Source: Spirochaetales bacterium (GTDB taxonomy: Bacteria; Spirochaetota; Spirochaetia; JABEVK01). Taken from it: 64,000 bases of DNA. The translations under genes and the position numbers were made by a program. The stretch is from positions 57,966-121,965 of the forward strand of contig JBAXAI010000010.1 in NCBI GenBank assembly GCA_037142615.1, written 5' to 3'. Within the stretch, counting starts at the first letter, position 1. Each line of letters starts with the position of its first letter. Positions 1-8,599 of the stretch are shown one piece after another. The notes beneath the pieces were generated by a model. The model saw nothing but the letters and a program-made list of their open reading frames with translations. It made no database searches and was not told the origin of the DNA.

Positions 1-791
1 ACGACACCGGCTCGGCCGTGGCGGCCATCCCTCTGGCCGACGAGAAGGCCGCCTACATCGCCACCGGCACCTGGTGCCTCATCGGCATCGAGTCGAAGGT
101 CCCCGAAACCGGAGCGGCGGCCCAAGCCGCCAACTTCACCAACGAGGCAGGGGTCGACGGCACCTACCGTTTTTTGAAAAACTGCATGGGTCTGTGGCTG
201 CTGCAACAGCTCAAAGCGACCTGGCCGGGCTGCCCCGACTTTGGTCCGCTGGTGGCCGCTGCCGCCGACGCCCCCCCGTTCGCCGCGTTGGTCGACGCCG
301 ACGACGCCGCGTTCTTTCAGCCCGCTTCGATGAAAGAGGAGCTGGAAGGTTGGTTTGCCCGCTCGCAGCAGAAAGCGCCCCCCGCCACGCCGGGAGCGTA
401 CGCCCGCGCCTGCATCGAGGGTCTGGTGCTGGCCTTTTGCAAAACGCTGGCCGAGATCGAGGCCATCCGCGGGCTCAGGCTTGAGCGGATTCACCTGGTG
501 GGTGGCGGCTGCCGCAACACCCTTTTGTGCCAGTTGACGGCCGACGCCACGGGTTTGCCGGTGCTGGCTGGCCCGGTGGAAGGCAGCGCACTGGGCAACC
601 TCATCGTGCAGGCGCGCTCGCTGGGGCTGGTCGCCAACCATCGGGAGGGCCGTGCGCTCGTCGACCGCTCCTTCCCCGTCACCGCCTACACGCCCCAGGC
701 CGACCGGACCCCTTGGCTCAAAGCGGGGCAACAACTCGAGGATCTGAAAAAGCTCGCTGCCCAAGCGAGCGAAGGAGTAAGTCATGCGTAG
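1..791 (+). CDS. rhaB: Rhamnulokinase-like FGGY sugar kinase, C-terminal part (5' end outside window)
   Basis: Frame is open from the window edge (DTGSAV, end of the HDT motif); NEAG...FLKNCMGLWLLQ, VGGG and GPVEGSALGN motifs; overlaps rhaM start. Confidence 0.85.
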   Translation, partial: DTGSAVAAIPLADEKAAYIATGTWCLIGIESKVPETGAAAQAANFTNEAGVDGTYRFLKNCMGLWLLQQLKATWPGCPDFGPLVAAAADAPPFAALVDADDAAFFQPASMKEELEGWFARSQQKAPPATPGAYARACIEGLVLAFCKTLAEIEAIRGLRLERIHLVGGGCRNTLLCQLTADATGLPVLAGPVEGSALGNLIVQARSLGLVANHREGRALVDRSFPVTAYTPQADRTPWLKAGQQLEDLKKLAAQASEGVSHA

Positions 792-1098
792 AGCTGCATT
801 TGTGATGTATCTGAAGCCGGGCTGCGAGGCCGAGTACAAAAAGCGCCACGACGAAATCTGGCCCGAACTGATCCGGGAACTCGAAGACGCCGGGGTGAGC
901 GACTATTCCATCTACCTCGAGCCCAAGACCAATATACTGTTCGCCTTCCAAAAGGTGAAAGACCACGATAGCAGCGGCAACCTGGCCAACACGGCCATCG
1001 TCAAAAAGTGGTGGGCCTACATGGGCGACCTGATGGCCACCAACCCCGACAACTCGCCGGTCGTCACAGACCTGCGGGAAGTCTTCCACATGGATTAG
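784..1098 (+). CDS. rhaM: L-rhamnose mutarotase
   Basis: EYKKRHDEIWPE, YSIYL, KWWAYM, LREVFHMD; RBS GAAGGAG; rha context. Confidence 0.93.
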   Translation: MRRAAFVMYLKPGCEAEYKKRHDEIWPELIRELEDAGVSDYSIYLEPKTNILFAFQKVKDHDSSGNLANTAIVKKWWAYMGDLMATNPDNSPVVTDLREVFHMD

Positions 1099-1241
1099 CC
1101 CGTCGCCGAGAGGCTACTGCGGCCGATTTCCACTTCGCGTCATCCTCCCTCAAATCCTCACGTATCCACGATACGCTTCGGTTTTCGGATCGGCGTGCCG
1201 CTCGCGGAAACGGGTCCTCGCTACGCCTCTCGGCGGCGGGC
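1098..1241. repeat. ~144-nt palindromic REP/MITE-like element, copy 1
   Basis: 17-bp terminal inverted repeat gcccgtcgccgagaggc / gcctctcggcggcgggc (1 mismatch); inner core aatcctcacgtatccacgatacgcttcgg shared with the element at 22783. Confidence 0.8.
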
Positions 1242-1242
1242 T

Positions 1243-1308
1243 CCCGCCGCCGAGAGGCTACTGCGGCCCATTTCCACTTCGCGTCATCCTCCCTCAAATC
1301 CTCAGGTA
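1243..1308. repeat. Truncated tandem copy 2 of the palindromic element
   Basis: Near-identical direct repeat of 1099-1164 (cccgccgccgagaggctactgcggcccatttccacttcgcgtcatcctccctcaaatcctca). Confidence 0.85.
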
Positions 1309-1565
1309 GTCGTTTCCCGCGTTAGGCCCACAGGGTTCCCGACGACCGGGTGCCCCAACAGGATGCCCTCGATGGAAAGGTCTTCGTCGAGAGCTTCCCA
1401 ATGGAGACCGTGCCCGCCACCAATCAACTCCACCTGCAGGAGTTCGTCGCGGGTTGCATGCGCCAGTCGCGGCGAGTAGGCCAATGGAGTGCCCAGCTGG
1501 CGGCCATCTTCAAGCAAAATCCAGAAGTTGTCGGCGTCAAACCAGACCTTCGCAAGTGATTCGCG
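1302..1565 (-). pseudogene. DUF2442-family (toxin-antitoxin-associated) protein lacking a clear start codon
   Basis: AKVWFDADNFWILLEDGRQLGTPLAYSPRL...GLHWEALDEDLSIEGIL matches the DUF2442 pattern; in-frame TGA just upstream and no ATG; no DUF4160 partner seen. Confidence 0.65.
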
Positions 1566-1659
1566 TCAGGCGGACGAAGGGTAAGGCTCAAGCGAAGCCC
1601 GGAGGAGGCCGCCCGCGAAGCGGGGACGCCAAGATTTTTCGAAGACTTCTGAAGCAAAC

Positions 1660-1817
1660 CGCGTGAGGTTCGCCGGTTTCCCGGGAGGCGACGCGTACCG
1701 AGTTCCTGCAGTATTATTCGAAGGGGGTACACCATGAGGGATGAGTACGACTTTACCAACGCCGAACGTGGTCGGTTCTTCCGCGAAGCCGCGATGCTGG
1801 CGTCTGTCGTCAACTAG
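1660..1817 (+). pseudogene. Degenerate BrnT/BrnA-like toxin-antitoxin remnant
   Basis: VSREATRTEFLQY resembles the BrnT C-terminal ISARKATR motif; it is followed by an RBS and MRDEYDFTNAERGRFFR (1734-1817), which resembles an antitoxin N-terminus but stops after 27 codons. Confidence 0.45.
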
Positions 1818-2623
1818 CCAAACACATGCCCCGAGATGGGCACACCCATCAGGTCCTGGTTGTGGTCGGTACGGCCGAGGTCTGTCCCCGCAGCACCGGC
1901 GGCCACAAACAATGGAATCAGGTGCTCGCTGCGCGGATGGCAGTCGCGGGCTCCGGGTGCCGACTCCCAAGCGATCAGGCGCTTGTTGCGCTCGGCGGTA
2001 TCGGTCAGGGCGACGGTGGCGTTCAGCCAGTCGTCGAAGGCCTTGGCCGTTTGCGCCACGCGGGGATCGCCCGACATGAAGCCGCGCATGTTGTGGTAGC
2101 TCATGCCGCTGGCAATAATGAGCACGCCCTCGTCGCGAAGGGGTTCGAGCGCTGCACCCAGCTTGACGTGGTCGGCAGGGTCGAGCGAGCGAAGCAACGA
2201 CAACTGGGCCACCGGAAGGTCGGCCTGGGGAAAGGCCACCATCATCGGAACAAAGGTGCCGTGGTCGTAGCCGCGCTCGGTCTCACGGCCGGGGCTAAAG
2301 CCGGCTGCCTTCAGCAGTTCCTCGACGCGGGCGGCCACAGCGGGGGCACCAGGCGCCGGCCACTTGAGCTGGTAAGTATGCGGCGGAAAGCCACCGTAGT
2401 CGTAGAGCATGCCGGGAGCCTTGCCAAAATGCACCGTCGGCTGGCGTTCTTCCCAATGGGCCGAGATCACCAGCAGCGCTTTGACGTCTTTGCGGAAGCG
2501 CTGACCCACTCCGACGAGCCAGGCTTCCAGTTCGTTGTAGGGAGCGGGATCGCCAAAGGCATCTTTCATGACATTCCAAGGGCCACCGCCGTGCGGCAGC
2601 GACAAAACGGGCAAGCGAGACAT
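1814..2623 (-). CDS. DODA-type extradiol ring-cleavage dioxygenase (LigB/YgiD family)
   Basis: HGGGP, ISAHWE, YDYGGFP, RGYDHG, SGMSYHN, HPRSEHLIPL. Confidence 0.92.
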   Translation of the reverse strand: MSRLPVLSLPHGGGPWNVMKDAFGDPAPYNELEAWLVGVGQRFRKDVKALLVISAHWEERQPTVHFGKAPGMLYDYGGFPPHTYQLKWPAPGAPAVAARVEELLKAAGFSPGRETERGYDHGTFVPMMVAFPQADLPVAQLSLLRSLDPADHVKLGAALEPLRDEGVLIIASGMSYHNMRGFMSGDPRVAQTAKAFDDWLNATVALTDTAERNKRLIAWESAPGARDCHPRSEHLIPLFVAAGAAGTDLGRTDHNQDLMGVPISGHVFG

Positions 2624-2634
2624 ACGAACCTCCT

Positions 2635-2657
2635 AGGTTACTTACTTAAAGTAACCT
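2635..2657. promoter_or_regulatory. Perfect inverted-repeat operator, HxlR/DUF24-type (TACT-N7-AGTA)
   Basis: aggttactt-actta-aagtaacct directly upstream of the dioxygenase RBS. Confidence 0.6.
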
Positions 2658-2696
2658 TGTTCACGGAGAATGTCCAGTGCTGGTCGCGCGGGGCAC

Positions 2697-3989
2697 CTAC
2701 TTCTCCAGCTTGAACGCCACCACGAGCTCGTCGACCTGCTCCTTGTTGATGGCCACCAGAGGCCCCAACTCCTGCGCGGCGATAAGGGCCTGCGCGCTGT
2801 AGTCGGCCACCTCAAGGCGGTCGAAGGCGTTCAGCAGGCTCGTGCCGGCCACCATGAGGCAGTCGTTTTCGAGGAGGACGATCGGGGTGCGGCTGGTGAG
2901 CGTTTTCACGATGCTCTCGGGGTCGGTGAAGTTGGTGCCGTAGGGCAACTTGGGAACTTCGCGCAGCAAAATGTAGCTTTCGGGGATGGTACGGCTGTCG
3001 AAGCTGGCCTCGGTGACGGCGAACACCAGCGCCGACGGCGGGTGCGCGATGATCACCGACGCGATGTCGGGATGAGCTTCGTACAGGCGCTGGTGCAAAC
3101 TCACCGACCGGCTGGGGGTTTTGCCGGCCTCGGCACGGCCGTTTTCGATGCGCACCAGGTCGCTGGGCTCCAGGTACTTGCGGTCAACTCCATACGGGGT
3201 AATGACAAAGCTATTGCCCTCGAGCCGCTGGCTGAAGGTGCCCTGCGTGCTCGAAACCAGTCGCTGGTCGTACGAGCGGTGAATCAGGGCACACAGGTCG
3301 CGGCGGGCGGCGCGTTCGGCGCTGTTCACGGGGCCGGGCACGAACGTCGGCAAAGGTGGTTGTCGCTTGCGGGCGGTGAGCGTCACCTGCTCGGGCGCCA
3401 GCGTTCGGATCTTGCCCATGCGGCGGGCCGAGATTTCGAGCCGGGCACAGAAGTCGAGCGTTTCGAAGGCCATGAACGCCTGAAACAGGTCGAGCGCGCC
3501 GATTACAATGCCATGGTTTTCGAGCAGCACGGTGTTCAGGCCGCGCGAGAACACCTCAGCGATGGTGTCGCCCAGCAGCTTGCTTCCCGGCAGGGCGTAG
3601 GCCGCGTACTCGATCTGCCCGCACAGATCGTGCACGTGCGGAATCAGGAAGGTCTGCGGAACTTGGCGCACGATGCTGAAGGCCACCAGGGCCGGCGGAT
3701 GCGCGTGCAGCACCGACTTCAGGTCGGGCCTCCGGTCGTACACGGTTTTGTGAAACGGGAACTCGCTCGAGGGCTTGTGAGGGCCGATCACGGTGCCGTC
3801 GGGTTGCACGCGCACGATGTCGCCCCGCGTGAGCGAACCTTTGTCGATGCCGCCGGGGGTGATCCAGATGTCGCCGTTGTCGTCTTTGATCGACAGGTTA
3901 CCGCCCGAGGTCGTCGTCATGCCATACGCGTAAATGCGCTGCATGATGAGGACGATCTGGTCGGCCGGGTGAAGCAGGTCAAATTGCAT
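2697..3989 (-). CDS. Class II aldolase/adducin protein with two tandem aldolase domains (candidate rhamnulose-/fuculose-1-phosphate aldolase)
   Basis: TTSGGNLS...PSSE...HAHP...ENHG, then a second STQGTFS...PSRS...AHP...ENDC domain; start MQFDLLHP behind RBS AGGGG. Confidence 0.85.
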   Translation of the reverse strand: MQFDLLHPADQIVLIMQRIYAYGMTTTSGGNLSIKDDNGDIWITPGGIDKGSLTRGDIVRVQPDGTVIGPHKPSSEFPFHKTVYDRRPDLKSVLHAHPPALVAFSIVRQVPQTFLIPHVHDLCGQIEYAAYALPGSKLLGDTIAEVFSRGLNTVLLENHGIVIGALDLFQAFMAFETLDFCARLEISARRMGKIRTLAPEQVTLTARKRQPPLPTFVPGPVNSAERAARRDLCALIHRSYDQRLVSSTQGTFSQRLEGNSFVITPYGVDRKYLEPSDLVRIENGRAEAGKTPSRSVSLHQRLYEAHPDIASVIIAHPPSALVFAVTEASFDSRTIPESYILLREVPKLPYGTNFTDPESIVKTLTSRTPIVLLENDCLMVAGTSLLNAFDRLEVADYSAQALIAAQELGPLVAINKEQVDELVVAFKLEK

Positions 3990-4006
3990 CGGGTCCCCCT
4001 TGGACG

Positions 4007-5278
4007 CTATCGCTTGGAAAGCACCTCGCTCTCGTATTTGTCGCTGACGTTGATCCAGCTGGCTCCCGTGGGCACGCTGGCGTCGAGGCACAATTTATCC
4101 CACACGGCGCTCAGAGGCAGGTTTTTCAGTTCTTCCATCAAGGCCAAGCGGGCACCAAAACGGCCGGCGGCTTCTTCGTCCTTGAGGAGGGCCGAAGGTT
4201 CGAGCAGGGCGCTGAGCATGGCTTTGCGGGCGGCGCGGGCGCCGATGGTCCAGGCCATGATGCGGTTGATGCTGGCGTCGAAAAAGTCGAGCCCGACGGC
4301 GACGCGGTTCCAGGCTCCGGCCCGCTGGATTTCGGTGAACACGGCCTGCACGTCGTCGTTGTACGTCACCACGTGGTCACTGTCCCAACGCAGGCCGCGG
4401 CTGACGTGCAGCAGTAACCCGGGAACGAAGGGCAGCATGCCGGGGATTTTGTCGGCGATGGTTTCGGTGGGGTGAAAGTGCCCCATGTCGAGCGTCAGGG
4501 CCATTTTGTTCTGCACCGCGTAGCCCATGTAGAACTCGTGGCTGCCCACGACGTAGGCCTCGCTGCCGATGCCGAAGAGCTTGCATTCCACGGCGTCGAG
4601 CAGTTGGCTGGCGGGGAACTTTTCGGCGAACATCGCGTCGAGCGAGTCCTTGAGGCGCAGGCGTGGGCTCAGGCGGTCGGCCGGCAGGTCTTTGGTGCCA
4701 TCGGGGATCCAGACGTTGTTCGACGCGGGCGCTCCGGTGGCCTTGCCCATGGCGGCGGCGATGCGGCGGCTCTGGATGCCGTGGCGGATCCAAAACTCGC
4801 GGGTAGCCTTGTCGGCGGCCGACAGCGTGCCGTGGTCGGCCTTGGGGTGGCTGAAAAAGCTGGGGTTGAAGTCAAGGCCGAGCTTGGCCTTTTGCGCCCA
4901 GGCGATCCAGTTGGCAAAGTGCTCGGGGCCCAGCTCGTCGCGGGCGATCTTTTTGCCGTTGGTTTCGGCGTACAGCGCGTGGACGCTGATCTTCTTGGCG
5001 CCGGGGATGAGGCTGGAAGCCAGCGCGAGGTCGGCGCGCAGCTGCTCGGCATTGCGGGCCTTGCCGGGGTAGTTGCCGGTGGCCAAAATGCCACCCGTGA
5101 GCGCCTGGTCGGCGTTTTCGAACCCGGTGACGTCGTCACCCTGCCAGCAATGCAGGCTCAGCGGTACAGCCGAGGCCTGCGCGACGGCACCGTCGGTATC
5201 GACTCCGAGCAGGGCAAAGGCCTGCTTGGCGGCGGCATAGTTGGCGTTGACTTGGTCTTTCGAAAGGGACTTGTACAT
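4007..5278 (-). CDS. rhaA: L-rhamnose isomerase
   Basis: SLHCWQGDDV.GFE, ATGNYPGKAR, FWIRHG, KLFGIGSEAY, GHFHPTE, WDSDHV, LDFFDASINR. Confidence 0.97.
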   Translation of the reverse strand: MYKSLSKDQVNANYAAAKQAFALLGVDTDGAVAQASAVPLSLHCWQGDDVTGFENADQALTGGILATGNYPGKARNAEQLRADLALASSLIPGAKKISVHALYAETNGKKIARDELGPEHFANWIAWAQKAKLGLDFNPSFFSHPKADHGTLSAADKATREFWIRHGIQSRRIAAAMGKATGAPASNNVWIPDGTKDLPADRLSPRLRLKDSLDAMFAEKFPASQLLDAVECKLFGIGSEAYVVGSHEFYMGYAVQNKMALTLDMGHFHPTETIADKIPGMLPFVPGLLLHVSRGLRWDSDHVVTYNDDVQAVFTEIQRAGAWNRVAVGLDFFDASINRIMAWTIGARAARKAMLSALLEPSALLKDEEAAGRFGARLALMEELKNLPLSAVWDKLCLDASVPTGASWINVSDKYESEVLSKR

Positions 5279-5299
5279 GGGGAACTCCTTGTTTGAAAA

Positions 5300-6433
5300 C
5301 TACTTGCTACTAACCGAACTTCTGAACGCTTCGACTTCCCAGCTGACGATAAAATCGATGGCGGGCTTGGTCATAAAAAGGGGGCCGCCGAAAGAGGGGC
5401 TGGCCACGGCGATCTGAACGGCGTCGAGGAGCAGTTGTTGGGCCTGCCCAGCGGCCTTGGCGTTGGGGCCGAGGCAAAACCCGCCCAAGCCTTTGGCCAG
5501 CACGGCTCGCGGGGCTTTGCCGTACTTTTGTTTGTAGTCGGCAAAGGCGCGCGGAAGCTCGCCCACCGCATCGACCCGCACGGGTGACACCCCCATATAA
5601 ACGATGTGGTCGGGGGTAAAGGCCGACGACAGCGGCCCAAACGCCGCTTCGCTTTCGGCCAGCGCCAGCACCGACTTGGCCGTTGACCGGGCGACAAACG
5701 CCACCTCGGTGCCGAGTTCTTGCCTCGCCAAGGGGGCCAGGGCCTGCAAAAAGGCGATTTCGGCCAAGGCGTCAACGCCGGCGGGGGTCAGGTCGGCCTT
5801 GAACTTGAGCTCGCGTTCCAGATCGGCCAGCAATGTGCGGTAGGTATCGCGGATCTCGGCAGGCGAATTGCCGGCCACCACAAGGCCGTGGTTCTGCAAA
5901 AAGATCACCGAAGGCGCCTTCCCGTGGGCCTTTTGGTAGGCCTCGAGGGCATCCTTGACGACCTTGGACAGCACGTAGCCCGGGTCGACGAGCGGGATCC
6001 ACACCGCCACGGCACCAAACAGACGGTCGAACGCCGCCTTGCCGTTTTGCCCGCAGGTGAGCGCGTTGACGAGGGTCGGGTGCGTGTGCACCACGTAGGT
6101 GAAAGGCAGCATGTCGTGCAGCAGGGTCTCGACGCTGGGGCGTTTAGCCTCTTCGCCGGGCAACCGCGCGGCCATCAGGCACTCGAGCACCTGCTTTTCG
6201 CGCAAAGCCGTGTCGGCCGAAAAACTTTGGGTCCACAGCGCGGCCAGCGCGGCGCGGTCCATTTTCACAAAGCCTTGTTCGCCGATGGTGCCAAGCGCCT
6301 GGCCCGAGCCCTTGACCCATAGCGTGGTCTTGGTCTTGTACGAGGTGTTGCCGCCACCAGCGATCACGTACTCGGTCCGGGTGCCGTAGTGATTCGAGAG
6401 GGCGATCAGGCCCTCGAGTTCTTGACTCATCAT
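5300..6433 (-). CDS. Class II aldolase, like the aldolase module of bifunctional rhamnulose-1-phosphate aldolase/SDR proteins but without the SDR domain
   Basis: GGGNTSYK, KGSG, RPSVETLLH, VVHTHP, QNHGL, TPDH, WEVEAFR. Confidence 0.8.
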   Translation of the reverse strand: MMSQELEGLIALSNHYGTRTEYVIAGGGNTSYKTKTTLWVKGSGQALGTIGEQGFVKMDRAALAALWTQSFSADTALREKQVLECLMAARLPGEEAKRPSVETLLHDMLPFTYVVHTHPTLVNALTCGQNGKAAFDRLFGAVAVWIPLVDPGYVLSKVVKDALEAYQKAHGKAPSVIFLQNHGLVVAGNSPAEIRDTYRTLLADLERELKFKADLTPAGVDALAEIAFLQALAPLARQELGTEVAFVARSTAKSVLALAESEAAFGPLSSAFTPDHIVYMGVSPVRVDAVGELPRAFADYKQKYGKAPRAVLAKGLGGFCLGPNAKAAGQAQQLLLDAVQIAVASPSFGGPLFMTKPAIDFIVSWEVEAFRSSVSSK

Positions 6434-6519
6434 GCGCTCATGCTAAGCCCACTCGCCCCGGACGGCCATGGACATTCCTCACGAAGCTCATGCACTTTTG
6501 TGCGAGCCATTGGTGGGGC

Positions 6520-6550
6520 AAAAAAAAGGGCCGCCCCGAAGGACGGCCCC
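6520..6550 (-). terminator. Rho-independent terminator after the sugar-binding protein gene
   Basis: Minus strand ggggccgtccttcggggcggccc followed by T8. Confidence 0.85.
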
Positions 6551-6572
6551 AAAGTGTCAGCTCAGCTTCGAA

Positions 6573-7511
6573 TCAATCGTACAGCAGGGGAGCCAGGTCG
6601 GGCGAGTCGATGTTGGTCTTGTCGTACCACTTGAAGCCGGTGTCGGTGACCTTGGGAAGGTAAACACCCTTGACGGCCATGAAGGCGGACATCACGGTCT
6701 TGTAGCCCATGCCCACGGGGTCTTGGGTAATGGCGCCGTACTCAGCACCGGAGCGGATCGCATCTTTCTGCTGCTTGCCAGCGTCGTAACCGATGACGAT
6801 GACCTTGGTGCGCTTCATTTCCTTGACGCCGTTGAGCACGCCGATGATGGAGCCTTCGTTGGCACCAAAGAAGCCCTTCAGGTTGGGGTAGGCCTGGAGA
6901 ATCGACTTGGCGATGTCGGTCGACTTCAGCTGGTCACCACCACCGTACTGAACCGAAACAACCTTGATGTTGGGGTACTTCTTCATGCCCAGCAGGAACC
7001 CGTCGCGGCGGTCGATACCGGTGCGGCTGGTCTGGTCATGCACGATCACGGCGACTTCACCAGCGTTGCCGATGGCCTTGGCCATCATGTCGGCGGCGAG
7101 GCCGGCGGCGGCGATGTTGTCGGTGGTACAGGTGGTCAACGGAATGTCGGAATCGACACCGGAGTCAAACGCGATCACGGGAATACCGGCGGCCTGGGCC
7201 TTCTTCAGCAAGGGAATGGCGGCCTTGCTGTCGACTGCGGCGAAACCAATGGCGGTAGGCTTCTTGGCAATGGCGGCGGCGAGCTGGTCCATTTGCTTGT
7301 CAACCATGGCTTCCGTCTCGGGGCCTTCGAAGGTGATGGTGATGCCCAAGTCCTTGCCGGCTCTTTCGGCGCCGAGTTGGACAGCCTTCCAGAACTGGTG
7401 CTGGAATCCCTTCGAAACCAAGGGAACGTACATCGTCTCGGCGCTGACAACCGCGCTGGACAGAACCAAGGACAGGATGGTCAGAATCGTGAACAATTTC
7501 TTGCTCTTCAT
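6573..7511 (-). CDS. Sugar/polyol ABC transporter substrate-binding protein
   Basis: Signal peptide; VSKGFQHQFW, GIPVIAFDSG, GAITQDP. Confidence 0.92.
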   Translation of the reverse strand: MKSKKLFTILTILSLVLSSAVVSAETMYVPLVSKGFQHQFWKAVQLGAERAGKDLGITITFEGPETEAMVDKQMDQLAAAIAKKPTAIGFAAVDSKAAIPLLKKAQAAGIPVIAFDSGVDSDIPLTTCTTDNIAAAGLAADMMAKAIGNAGEVAVIVHDQTSRTGIDRRDGFLLGMKKYPNIKVVSVQYGGGDQLKSTDIAKSILQAYPNLKGFFGANEGSIIGVLNGVKEMKRTKVIVIGYDAGKQQKDAIRSGAEYGAITQDPVGMGYKTVMSAFMAVKGVYLPKVTDTGFKWYDKTNIDSPDLAPLLYD

Positions 7512-7581
7512 ACAAATACCTCCAAACTATTTCCCCCCTCCATACGGAAGGGTTTGAACACAACTTGAACGCGGTGGCGAA

Positions 7582-8586
7582 CTACTTTCGCCGCCGAAGG
7601 ATATCGGCGTACACCGCGAAGATGACGATGAGCCCCGTCACCGTGATCTGCCATTCCTGCGGCACCGACAGGATGCGCAGCCCGTTGATGAGCACGCTCA
7701 TGATGAACGCGCCGATCACGGTGCCCAGAATGGTTCCCTCTCCACCGGCCAGCGACACGCCGCCGATGACGGCCGCCGCGATGGCGTCGAGCTCATAGCC
7801 CTGGCCCAGGGCCGGCTGGGCCGAGTTCAGCCGCGACGAGATGAGGATGCCCGCCACACCGACGATGGCACCGGCCAAGGTGTAGATGCCGATCTTCCAG
7901 CGGTCCACGTTGACACCCGAGAGCCGCACGGCTTCCTCGTTGCTGCCCAGGGCGAAGGTGTAGCGGCCCAGAGCCGTCTTGTTCAGGATGAAGCCAGCGA
8001 CCAAGGCCACGCCGAAAAAGATCAGCACCGCGTTGGGAATAACCAGATTGGGCACGAAGGCACTGAGGTCGATCACGGAGCCCATGGAAATCCAGTTGTA
8101 CTCTTCCGTGTCGTTGAAATAGATGGGCTTGGTGCCCGAGATGACCAGTGAGAGCCCCTTGGCGACGAGCATCATGCCCAGCGTGGCGATGAAGGGAGGG
8201 ATTTTGAGCTTGGCGATGAGCACGCCGTTGAGGGCACCCACCAGCGAGCCGATAACTAGACCCGCGATCACGCCCAGCCAGACAGGCAGGCCCAGGTAGG
8301 TGATGATCACTCCGACCATGACGGCGCAGAAGGTCATCACGGTACCGATCGATAGGTCGATGCCGCTGGTGATGATGACAAAAGTGACCCCGATTCCCAG
8401 CACGCCGGCGACGGCAGTGGACAGCATGATGGAGATCAGGTTCTCGGTCTGGAAGAAGTTGGGCGAGGCAAACGAAAAGATGATCAACATCGCCACGAGG
8501 CTGGCAAAGGCCAGAATCTTCTGCGTGGCGTTGGCACCGTAGGTCACGGGTTTCTTGGTACTAAGCGGGGTCGGTGTCTGTGACAT
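7582..8586 (-). CDS. Sugar ABC transporter permease (RbsC type)
   Basis: [40 protein letters not shown]. Confidence 0.95.
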   Translation of the reverse strand: MSQTPTPLSTKKPVTYGANATQKILAFASLVAMLIIFSFASPNFFQTENLISIMLSTAVAGVLGIGVTFVIITSGIDLSIGTVMTFCAVMVGVIITYLGLPVWLGVIAGLVIGSLVGALNGVLIAKLKIPPFIATLGMMLVAKGLSLVISGTKPIYFNDTEEYNWISMGSVIDLSAFVPNLVIPNAVLIFFGVALVAGFILNKTALGRYTFALGSNEEAVRLSGVNVDRWKIGIYTLAGAIVGVAGILISSRLNSAQPALGQGYELDAIAAAVIGGVSLAGGEGTILGTVIGAFIMSVLINGLRILSVPQEWQITVTGLIVIFAVYADILRRRK

Positions 8587-8599
8587 GGAAAATCCTTTC

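Noticed and set aside
1098-1308. Possible CRISPR array from the two 60-nt direct repeats
   Set aside because: Only two units, repeat too long, the intervening sequence is the other half of a palindrome, and no cas genes are present
2670-4475. Long antisense ORFs (also 20990-23080, 29103-31154, 52212-54416, 54978-56510, 57109-58878, 59328-60848)
   Set aside because: They mirror well-supported genes on the opposite strand, as expected in GC-rich DNA, and show no motifs
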